Source: Blastocatellia bacterium
GTDB lineage: Bacteria; Acidobacteriota; Blastocatellia; UBA7656
Direction: 5' to 3'
DNA: 64,000 nt
Assembly: GCA_045807765.1 (NCBI GenBank)
Contig: JBJMGU010000232.1
Coordinates: 1,618 to 65,617, forward strand
The position numbers were made by a program, and so were the translations under genes. Numbering within the stretch: position 1 is the first letter of the stretch; every line of letters starts with the position of its first letter. The notes under the pieces are model-generated. The model had not been told where the DNA came from. It searched no databases and saw only the letters and a list, made by a program, of their open reading frames with translations. This document shows, in pieces, positions 31,249-39,272 of this stretch.

Positions 31249-32628
31249 ATGCTTTTTCGTAGAGTCAGACACATTCATTTCGTCGGCATTGGCGGCATCG
31301 GCATGAGCGGCATCGCCAAGGTGCTGCTGTCGCTCGGCATGAACTTTCGCGTTACCGGCAGCGATGCCAAACGGTCATCCATCACCGACAGCCTCGAAGA
31401 GATGGGCGCAACCATTTGGGAAGGCCATGCCGGCGAGCACATTGCCGGCGCCGACGTTGTCGTCTGCTCGTCGGCGGTGCGCAATGACAACCCCGAAGTG
31501 ACCACAGCGCACCAGCGATTGATTCCCGTCATCCCGCGCGCCGAGATGTTGGCAGAGCTGATGCGCCTCTACCGCTACGGCATCGCGGTCGCCGGCACGC
31601 ATGGCAAGACGACGACGACTTCAATGATTTCGCACATGATGACGCTGACCGATTTCGACCCGACAATTGTCGTTGGCGGGCGCGTGACGACGCTGGCGTC
31701 GAATGCCCAGGTCGGTCACGGCGACTACATCGTCGTCGAGGCGGACGAATCCGACGGCTCGCTGCTACAACTGACGCCGACGATTGCCGTGCTGACCAAC
31801 ATTGACGCGGATCACCTGGATTACTTCAAAGGTGGCATTGAAGAGATCAAAGAATGCTTCGTGGACTTCGCCAACCGCGTGCCGTTTTACGGAACGATTG
31901 TGCTGTGCTTAGACGACCAGAACGTCCAGGCGATTATTCCTGATATCTCGCGGCGCAAAGTCAGTTACGGGCTGGCGGCGCAGGCCGATGTGTCGGCATG
32001 GAACATTCAACTGAACACCGCCTTCGGCTCGGAATTTACGGTGCGGGCTTTCGGCAAAGAAGCGGGGCTGGTCAAGCTCTGGGTGCCGGGCCTGCACAAC
32101 GTCTACAACGCGATGGCGACCATCGCCGTCGGGCTCGATCTCAATATCGAGTTTGACCGCATCGTCGAGGCGCTCGCCAGCTTTCGCGGCGCCGAGCGGC
32201 GCTTTCAGATCAAAGGCGAGAAGCAGGACATTCTGGTGGTGGATGATTATGGTCACCACCCGACTGAGATTAAAGCGACGCTGTCAGCGGCGCGCACTTC
32301 GGGCCGCCGCGTCGTCACCTTGTTTCAGCCGCACCGCTATACACGAACGCGTGACCTGCTTGATGATTTCGCGCGCTCGTTTTACGGCGCGGATGTCTTG
32401 CTGGTGATTGACATCTACGCCGCCAGCGAAGACCAGATCGAAGGCGTCAACAGCGGTGTGCTGGCCGAGCAGATTGAGCGCTTCGGCCATCGGCACGTCG
32501 AATACATCGGGCCGCTATCGAACGCGGCCAACCGACTGAAAGAGATCGTCCAGCCCTACGATCTCGTCTTAACGCTCGGAGCCGGCAACGTCTATCAAGC
32601 AGGAGAAGAGTTGCTGAAGATTCTTTGA
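31249..32628 (+). CDS. murC: UDP-MurNAc--L-alanine ligase
   Basis: [43 protein letters not shown]. Confidence 0.97.
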   Translation: MLFRRVRHIHFVGIGGIGMSGIAKVLLSLGMNFRVTGSDAKRSSITDSLEEMGATIWEGHAGEHIAGADVVVCSSAVRNDNPEVTTAHQRLIPVIPRAEMLAELMRLYRYGIAVAGTHGKTTTTSMISHMMTLTDFDPTIVVGGRVTTLASNAQVGHGDYIVVEADESDGSLLQLTPTIAVLTNIDADHLDYFKGGIEEIKECFVDFANRVPFYGTIVLCLDDQNVQAIIPDISRRKVSYGLAAQADVSAWNIQLNTAFGSEFTVRAFGKEAGLVKLWVPGLHNVYNAMATIAVGLDLNIEFDRIVEALASFRGAERRFQIKGEKQDILVVDDYGHHPTEIKATLSAARTSGRRVVTLFQPHRYTRTRDLLDDFARSFYGADVLLVIDIYAASEDQIEGVNSGVLAEQIERFGHRHVEYIGPLSNAANRLKEIVQPYDLVLTLGAGNVYQAGEELLKIL

Positions 32629-32629
32629 T

Positions 32630-32694
32630 AGGAAGCAGGAAGCAGGAGGCAGGACTGTCTACGCAGTAAACTGGCTCCTGGCTCCTGCCTCCTG
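32630..32694. repeat. Junction element J10 (murC/ftsQ): inverted arms of AGGAAGC/AGGAGGC
   Basis: AGGAAGCAGGAAGCAGGAGGCAGGA ... CTGGCTCCTGGCTCCTGCCTCCTG. Confidence 0.85.
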
Positions 32695-32710
32695 AGTGGG
32701 AGGTGGCGCT

Positions 32711-33730
32711 TTGGCAACAGCTCAACGGAGTGAGCCCAGAGGGCGCGCACAGGTCGTCGCGCCGCGTGCGCCGCGTCGGTTACAGCAGTCGCGCTCGCGC
32801 GGCAGCAGCGTGCGACTCGGCGAGCGATTGAAATCGGCAGCGGTGCTGGTCAAGCCGGCTGTGGTTTTAATCACCATCGCGCTGTTGATCGTCGGTTATA
32901 ACGCGCTGGCCGGCTCACGGCTCTTTGATCTGCATTATATCAATGTCAGCCAGGCCAGCCCGGCTTTGCAGACCGAGATCGAGCAAGCGGTGAAGCGCGC
33001 CGTCGGCCAGACGAAACTGCTCGATGTCAATCTGGCGGTATTGAAGGAGAAGATTGAAAAGCTGCCGCAGGTGCGCACGGCCACGGTGGCGCGATTGCTG
33101 CCCGATGGCCTCTCCGTGCAGATCGTTGAGCGCCACCCGGCGGTGCTGGTGCGACGGCAATCCGTCTCGCAGGAAGAAAAGCTTGTTTGGCTTGATGAAG
33201 ACGCGGTGGAGATGGGCGAGTTCGCCGCCGTCAACGCCAGCGCTCAGACCGGCGAGATGCGCGAAGTGCCGCCCATCGCTAAGGGCTTTGAAGACGGCAA
33301 CCGCTCGCAGGCGGCGGTCAATGCCGACCGCGAGCGCATCGCGGTCTACAAGAAGTTAGAGAGTGAGCTGGGCGACGGCGCCTCGTCGCTGTGGAATTTG
33401 ATTGACGAGATCGATCTGCGCGACGTCAAGGACGTAAACCTGAGCCTCGCCCGCCCGCACGTTCTGATTCACGTCGGCAGCACAGACTTTCGCAAGCGCT
33501 TCGAAATGGCGCTGACGATCATTCAGGCGGCCAAGAGCGGCGACGCCGAAGCCTTGCGCCGTATGCGGACGCCTGAGCAGAGAATTGAACAATTGATCCA
33601 GAACGCCAACAATTTCAGCTTCATTGACACGGCGCGCTCGGATCGTATCGTTGTAAACTTCGCCTCCCCCGGCGTAACCCAGGCCCCGGTGCAGCAGGAA
33701 ACTAAACCGACACAGGGCAAGAAGAAGTGA
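32711..33730 (+). CDS. ftsQ: Cell division protein FtsQ/DivIB
   Basis: TTG start after GGGAGG, TM helix, POTRA-like LPQVRTATVARLLPDGLSVQIVER, IDLR. Position before ftsA. Confidence 0.85.
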   Translation: MATAQRSEPRGRAQVVAPRAPRRLQQSRSRGSSVRLGERLKSAAVLVKPAVVLITIALLIVGYNALAGSRLFDLHYINVSQASPALQTEIEQAVKRAVGQTKLLDVNLAVLKEKIEKLPQVRTATVARLLPDGLSVQIVERHPAVLVRRQSVSQEEKLVWLDEDAVEMGEFAAVNASAQTGEMREVPPIAKGFEDGNRSQAAVNADRERIAVYKKLESELGDGASSLWNLIDEIDLRDVKDVNLSLARPHVLIHVGSTDFRKRFEMALTIIQAAKSGDAEALRRMRTPEQRIEQLIQNANNFSFIDTARSDRIVVNFASPGVTQAPVQQETKPTQGKKK

Positions 33731-33822
33731 TAAGTGATGAGTGATGAGTGATGATTGATGAGACAGTACAGCAGTCACACGCTTGCTTTTTACTCATTAC
33801 TCATCACTCGCCACTCATCACT
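33726..33822. repeat. Junction element J11 (ftsQ/ftsA): inverted arms of tandem AGTGATG
   Basis: AGTGATA AGTGATG AGTGATG AGTGATG ATTGATG ... CATTACT CATCACT CGCCACT CATCACT. The first unit contains the ftsQ stop. Confidence 0.9.
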
Positions 33823-33849
33823 GAATGGACAGCCGGAGGATGAACAAAA

Positions 33850-35085
33850 ATGGCTAAGGGAAGCAGACACATTGCCGCGCTCGACATTGGCACCACGGAG
33901 GTGCGCGCCGTCGTCGGCGAGATTGCGGATAACGATAAGCTCGAAATCATCGGCGTCGGGCGCGCGCCATCACGCGGCGTTCGCAAAGGCGTCGTCGTCA
34001 ATATTGAAGCGACCGTTGACGCCATCAAACAGGCGGTTGAAGAGGCTGAGATGATGGCCGGCGTGCCGATTGATGCAGCGTACGTCAGCATGGGCGGAGC
34101 CCAGGTGCGCGGCATGAATTCGCGCGGCGTCATCGCCATCAGCCGTCGCAACCGCGACATCACCGAAGAAGACGTTTACCGCGTCATTGATCAGGCGCGC
34201 GCCATTAGCGTGCCGACCGACCGCGAAATCGTTGACGTGCTGCCGCAGGAGTTCACCGTAGACGGCCAGGATGGCATCGGCAACCCCATCGGCTTTCTCG
34301 GCATGCGGCTTGAAGCTGCTGTCCATGTGGTCACCTCGCCCATCACGGCGCGGCAGAACATCGTCACCTCGGTGAACCGGGCCGGCATCCACGTTACCGA
34401 CACGGTGGTCAACCACGTTGCCGGCGGCGAAGCGACGCTGACACCGGACGAGAAAGAGTATGGCGCCGCGGTGCTCGACATGGGCGCAGACATCACGAAC
34501 CTGACGATCTTTTTCCGCGATGCGGTGCGTCACACGGCGGTCTTTCCGATGGGCGGCAACCACTTCACCAACGACATCGCCGTGGGCTTGCGCACGCCAG
34601 TGCCCGAAGCCGAGCGCATCAAGCAGCACGAAGGCTGCGCGCTGGCCGGGCTGATGGCCGAAAGCGAGCGCAGTCGCATGGTCGAAGTGCCGTCAGTGGG
34701 CGGACGCCCGGCGCGCATGCTCAGCCGGCAGATCCTTTGCGAGATTTTGCAGCCGCGCGCCGAAGAGATTTTCTCGCACGCCGCGGAAGAGATTCAGCGC
34801 GCCGGCTTCGAGCGGCAAATTCTCTCAAGCGTTGTAATGATCGGCGGCGGCGCGCTGATGGATGGTGTCGTCGAGATGGCTGAGCAGGTGCTCGACCTGC
34901 CGGCGCGTCACGGCATGCCGGACTTCGTCGGCGGGCTGACGGGCGAGATTGACAGCCCGGCTTTTGCGACGGTCGTCGGCGCTCTGCTCTACGGTTTTCA
35001 CAAACAAATGAACTTGAAAAAGATTCATTCGCTAAAAGATGGCGCGCCCAAGCAAGAGGGCTTTTGGAAGCGCTGGTTTCGTTAA
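33850..35085 (+). CDS. ftsA: Cell division protein FtsA
   Basis: LDIGTT, GVRKGVVVNIE, GGNHFTNDIA, AERIK, C-terminal amphipathic FWKRWFR. Confidence 0.96.
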   Translation: MAKGSRHIAALDIGTTEVRAVVGEIADNDKLEIIGVGRAPSRGVRKGVVVNIEATVDAIKQAVEEAEMMAGVPIDAAYVSMGGAQVRGMNSRGVIAISRRNRDITEEDVYRVIDQARAISVPTDREIVDVLPQEFTVDGQDGIGNPIGFLGMRLEAAVHVVTSPITARQNIVTSVNRAGIHVTDTVVNHVAGGEATLTPDEKEYGAAVLDMGADITNLTIFFRDAVRHTAVFPMGGNHFTNDIAVGLRTPVPEAERIKQHEGCALAGLMAESERSRMVEVPSVGGRPARMLSRQILCEILQPRAEEIFSHAAEEIQRAGFERQILSSVVMIGGGALMDGVVEMAEQVLDLPARHGMPDFVGGLTGEIDSPAFATVVGALLYGFHKQMNLKKIHSLKDGAPKQEGFWKRWFR

Positions 35086-35124
35086 AAAAAATTTCACGAT
35101 GACGCAGACAGTGGGAAAAAAAGG

Positions 35125-35153
35125 TTGTCGGGGTAAAGCGGCTGTGCTACTAT
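35125..35153 (+). promoter_or_regulatory. Putative internal promoter upstream of ftsZ
   Basis: TTGTCG, 17 nt, TACTAT with an extended -10 TG. Confidence 0.5.
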
Positions 35154-35451
35154 GCGGTGTGTCTTCAGAAGCTCGGTCTACCACATATTGTAGCAACCGG
35201 CTGCCAGCCTCAACGGCACTGTTAGGAGAACCCCTCACCGGACGGGAGCGCCACAAACGCACCCGCAGGAGTTGGACGTGTGCGTTTGCGTCGCACCATC
35301 CGGCGGCAAGTTACGCCGCCAGCCTGGCAGTGTTTGAAAATAGAAGTCGCACACACGGAGAAGTTCACGCGAGTTAGACGGCCCGGGGTAGCCGCATCTC
35401 CGCCCTCGCTCGCTCGGTTGCTAATGCTCGGTTTGCAGGAGGCACAAACGA

Positions 35452-36585
35452 ATGGCAGTGGATGAACGCAAAGGACTCATCATATTCGACGATTCGGACC
35501 AGCCCGTCACTGGCGCCAAGATCAAGGTGATCGGCGTCGGCGGTGGTGGCGGCAACGCCATCAACCGCATGATCGAGGCCGGCATCGAAGGCGTGCAATT
35601 TCTGGTCGCTAATACCGACCTACAAGCGCTCAAAAGCTCTCGCGCTTCCATCAAGATTCAGATCGGCGAGAAGCTGACGCGGGGCCTCGGTGCCGGCGGC
35701 GACCCGGAGATCGGGCGCCAGTCGGCGCTCGAAGACACCGAGAAGATCATCGAAGCGCTCGAAGGCTCGGACATGGTCTTCATCACCACGGGTCTCGGCG
35801 GCGGCACGGGCACGGGCGCGGCGCCGATACTGGCGAGCCTCGCCACCGAGCTGGGCGCGCTGACGGTCGCGGTCGTCACCAAGCCCTTCCGTTTCGAGGG
35901 CCGGCGTCGCCAGCGTCAGGCCGAGCAAGGTCTCAACGAACTGCGCGAGTGCGTTGACACGGTCATCACTATCCCGAACGAGCGCTTGCTGAACGCGGTG
36001 GCGCGCGGCACCCCGTTCCTCGAATCCTTCAAGCTCGCCGACGACGTGCTGCGCCAGGCGGTGCAAGGCATTTCTGACATCATCACCGTGCCGGGCCTGA
36101 TCAACGTTGACTTTGCCGACGTCAAGACGATCATGGCCGGCATGGGCATGGCACTGATGGGCACGGGTTCCGCCGCGGGCGAAAACCGCGCCCTGGAAGC
36201 GACGCAACGCGCCATCTCCAGCCCGCTGCTCGAAGAAGCCTCCATCGAAGGCGCCAAGGGATTGCTGGTCAACGTTACAGGCGGCACCGACCTGACGCTG
36301 TTCGAGGTCAACGAAGCCATGTCGATCATCCACGACTCAGCTGACCCGGACGCCAACATCATCTTCGGCGCGGTGCTCGACGAGCGGTTGGCCGACGAGA
36401 TGAAGATTACCGTCATTGCCACGGGGTTTGACCGCGCGGCGACAGCGGCAGAGCCCGCGCCGCGCACCTACACAGCGCCCGCGCCCGCTGCGCCGGCAAC
36501 CACCGGCACGCCTGGTGGCGCAACCGGGCCATTGCGCCGCGACGATTTAGACGTTCCCGCTTTCATTCGCAAGAAAGCCGATTAA
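35452..36585 (+). CDS. ftsZ: Cell division protein FtsZ
   Basis: [27 protein letters not shown]-terminal [10 protein letters not shown]. Confidence 0.98.
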   Translation: MAVDERKGLIIFDDSDQPVTGAKIKVIGVGGGGGNAINRMIEAGIEGVQFLVANTDLQALKSSRASIKIQIGEKLTRGLGAGGDPEIGRQSALEDTEKIIEALEGSDMVFITTGLGGGTGTGAAPILASLATELGALTVAVVTKPFRFEGRRRQRQAEQGLNELRECVDTVITIPNERLLNAVARGTPFLESFKLADDVLRQAVQGISDIITVPGLINVDFADVKTIMAGMGMALMGTGSAAGENRALEATQRAISSPLLEEASIEGAKGLLVNVTGGTDLTLFEVNEAMSIIHDSADPDANIIFGAVLDERLADEMKITVIATGFDRAATAAEPAPRTYTAPAPAAPATTGTPGGATGPLRRDDLDVPAFIRKKAD

Positions 36586-36618
36586 CTCCTGCACCAAAGT
36601 AATCCTCTGAGCTACTTG

Positions 36619-36652
36619 GCCGCTGTCCCAACGGGCAGCGGCTTTTTGTTTA
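36619..36652 (+). terminator. Intrinsic terminator ending the dcw operon
   Basis: GCCGCTGTCC-CAAC-GGGCAGCGGC-TTTTTGTTT. Confidence 0.85.
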
Positions 36653-37720
36653 TGGGGTGCGCCGCGATTTCGGCAGCCCGGCCAGGAACCTTGCAGCGCG
36701 CAAGAGGCCATAGCCGATTTGAAAGGGGAGCCGCGGCAGGTCGTTAGCCGCGCCTCGTAATTTGAAGGTGGCTTCGAGCGGGTCAGGCCAGCGCCGGCGC
36801 ATCGCATCAAGCGTCCCGGCGGGGTGAAGTAGATGATGAGCCATCGGTCGGTCGTATCGCATTTGCAAATGTGACTGCCGGGTCGCGTAAGGCGCTTGCC
36901 ATTGTTTCAGCACATGGGAAAGGAGCCAGCGAGGCAGTTTCCTGGCTCTCGCGGCCTGCGGCAAATCAGCGTTTTTAACTCCGAGTAGCCGGTGCGCCAG
37001 ACCAATCGTACACGCCACCCAGCCGGCGGTGCGACGGTCGGCGGTCAGGCAGCGTTCCCAGTCAAAGCTTGCGGCGCGAGACTCTAGCGCGACGGCCACA
37101 TCGCACAACCATAGAGGGCGATAGGCGCCGTGCCTGAGCAGGTGCGTACATAAAAGGCGCAGGTGATCTTCAGGGCTTAACACCCGCACGTCTGTATCAC
37201 CCAGTCTCACTAATTGCGAACGGGCATACAACTGGTCGGCGCTCACGTCGTCCAGCTTTGAGAACCCGTCGTGCAAATCTACATGGTATTTTTGACAGTC
37301 GGGACTTTCTAGGATGGCCGCGGCTTTCGAGAATTGCTCAGGTCGAAAACAGAGATCGAGGTCGCCATAGGGCCGCAAGCCGGTTTCGGGATAAAGTCGG
37401 CCAATCGCCCAGCCTTTGACCAGTATCGGCTCGACATCCGCAGCGCGCAGCAGGGCGACGACTTCGCGAAGCTCCTGCTCGTGCAAGGCGGCGCGAATCG
37501 TATGAAACTGGTAAGCCTGTTGCAGCTCGCCGCCAACCACCGCAGTTTTCAAATGCGTATCGCGGATGCGCCACCAGCCCAGCGCCCCCGCACCCGATCC
37601 GAGCAGCAGCGGCGCGATGATCGTCGATTCTTCGAGGGTGAGGTCGAACGCCGGAGGCTTGCGACGCCATGCCCCGGCCAGCGCCTTTGCGACCAGCGCG
37701 CCATTGTTTTTATTGCCCAT
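36650..37720 (-). CDS. Uncharacterised nucleotidyltransferase (NTP_transf_5-like)
   Basis: ILVKG...LYP...LRPYGDLDL, VDLH, LSPEDHL...H, LWLCDVA. Confidence 0.8.
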   Translation of the reverse strand: MGNKNNGALVAKALAGAWRRKPPAFDLTLEESTIIAPLLLGSGAGALGWWRIRDTHLKTAVVGGELQQAYQFHTIRAALHEQELREVVALLRAADVEPILVKGWAIGRLYPETGLRPYGDLDLCFRPEQFSKAAAILESPDCQKYHVDLHDGFSKLDDVSADQLYARSQLVRLGDTDVRVLSPEDHLRLLCTHLLRHGAYRPLWLCDVAVALESRAASFDWERCLTADRRTAGWVACTIGLAHRLLGVKNADLPQAARARKLPRWLLSHVLKQWQAPYATRQSHLQMRYDRPMAHHLLHPAGTLDAMRRRWPDPLEATFKLRGAANDLPRLPFQIGYGLLRAARFLAGLPKSRRTP

Positions 37721-37781
37721 CAGATTAGCTTAGCGAGCCGCCAGCTCGCGTTGCAGTTCAGGAGGGATCATCCATTTCGAC

Positions 37782-38264
37782 TTAAGTCGTGCAAGAGCCG
37801 CTTGTGCAAGTCGGCGGGCACCCCGGCGTAGAGATGCACTGGCTGCTGCTGGCGCAGATAATGGCGCAGGTGCTGGCTTCGACGGCGCGCGGCGCGATGA
37901 TCGAAGTCACCAGCGGCAGGCCAATCGCTGCCGCCCAGCCGATCTTCTGAAGCGCTTTGCGCCGGCTGATGCCCTGCGGTTTCAAACGGCTCGCGCCTTC
38001 GGCAAACAAGTGCGCCTTCTGCAACTGTTCGACGCCCAGCCAGACGACCGCTTCCTCTACGGGCAGGTGTAACTCATCTTCTAAAAGCCGGGCGATGTCA
38101 GCGACCGACCGCTTGCCGTCGCAGTGCCGCCACACCAGCGCGGCGGTCTTGTTTAAACAGTGGGCCTTGTACCGCTCACGATCATAGACCAGCACCTCGT
38201 CTGCCATCTCCTGAATGATCAAACCTTCTTCTCGTGCTGCCGGCAGAATCGCTTGGCTGTTCAT
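37782..38264 (-). CDS. PqqD/RRE domain fused to a Tat-like leader and Cys-rich peptide (putative RiPP precursor)
   Basis: EVLVYD...HCLNKTAALVWRHCDG...IARLL (PqqD fold), then ISRRKAL, a hydrophobic stretch, AVEA, and a 30-aa tail with 6 Cys. Confidence 0.8.
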   Translation of the reverse strand: MNSQAILPAAREEGLIIQEMADEVLVYDRERYKAHCLNKTAALVWRHCDGKRSVADIARLLEDELHLPVEEAVVWLGVEQLQKAHLFAEGASRLKPQGISRRKALQKIGWAAAIGLPLVTSIIAPRAVEASTCAIICASSSQCISTPGCPPTCTSGSCTT

Positions 38265-38332
38265 GGTTTGCCTCATCCCAGAAAGTTAGAAAGCGGTACT
38301 CACAGACGACATCCAATATGAACTCTGAGCGG

Positions 38333-39202
38333 TTATACATTCGTCGGCTGGTGATTGTCAACCGGATTGCCGGCATTCTTCTCCAGTATATTGAAGATGA
38401 AATCAACCACTGCCCGCGCTTCGCCGCGTTTGCCTTTCCAGACCGCAGAGGTCGCGACGACGCGGCGCAGAGTGGCGAGCGCGGCTTGCGGCTCGCGGCG
38501 CGCCGACACAGTGTTTTCTAGCAGCGCCAGCGCGCCTTCGCCTGCTGACAGGCAGCGCGGGCGCCAGTGTGCTCCCAACTTATATTGACTGGCGATGATT
38601 AAGGCGACGGGCAATGGCTTGACGCCGCGCTTACCGCCCAACGCTTCAACCGCATAGCGCGTGGCGCGTTCGGACTGGCCGCGCTCGCGAATGCCGAGCA
38701 GTCGTGTGTAAGGATGGACGCGGCCTGCTTGATCGAGCACCGCGTATTCGTCCGAATAGTAGGTGCAGCCGGCCCGCACCAGCGCTGCCGTCAGCGTCGT
38801 CTTGCCGCTGAAGCTGCGGCCCGGAATGACAACCGCCTGGCCACGCCAGCCGACGACGCCGGCATGCACGAAGACGCGGCGCGGTGCCATCTCGGCGACA
38901 TATAGCTGCACGTCATGCTCAAAAGCCTCTGCGGTTCGCTCGACCTGAGTCGCGCGTAACAGGCGCTCGCCATTGGCGTAGACCAGATGCGAAGGCCGTA
39001 AGCCTCGCCGCTGATCTACGCCACCGGCAACAATTGAATAGAGCCGTTCAACATCGAGCGAGCGAGCAGGCTTCCATCCAGGTGGCAGCACCGGCAGGTA
39101 GTCGGCGATGACGCCTGGACGGTTGGCGCGAATGCCTACGCGCACACCGTAAGCGATCACCGCGATGCCCTCGGCCCATGACAGCCGGTCGAGCTTCGGC
39201 AT
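38333..39202 (-). CDS. HPr kinase-related P-loop kinase
   Basis: FVHAGVV...IPGRSFSGKTTL...YYSDE, typical of HprK-related kinases. Start chosen at MPKLDRL. Confidence 0.75.
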   Translation of the reverse strand: MPKLDRLSWAEGIAVIAYGVRVGIRANRPGVIADYLPVLPPGWKPARSLDVERLYSIVAGGVDQRRGLRPSHLVYANGERLLRATQVERTAEAFEHDVQLYVAEMAPRRVFVHAGVVGWRGQAVVIPGRSFSGKTTLTAALVRAGCTYYSDEYAVLDQAGRVHPYTRLLGIRERGQSERATRYAVEALGGKRGVKPLPVALIIASQYKLGAHWRPRCLSAGEGALALLENTVSARREPQAALATLRRVVATSAVWKGKRGEARAVVDFIFNILEKNAGNPVDNHQPTNV

Positions 39203-39272
39203 GCCGCGAGAATCGCTCTTCAATCGCGGCAAGCTCGCCTGCACCACGCATGCCCTCCTGACACGGCGCGCC

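Noticed and set aside
32629-32710. Absence of murB and ddl between murC and ftsQ
   Set aside because: A common variation in dcw gene order, with no remnant visible.
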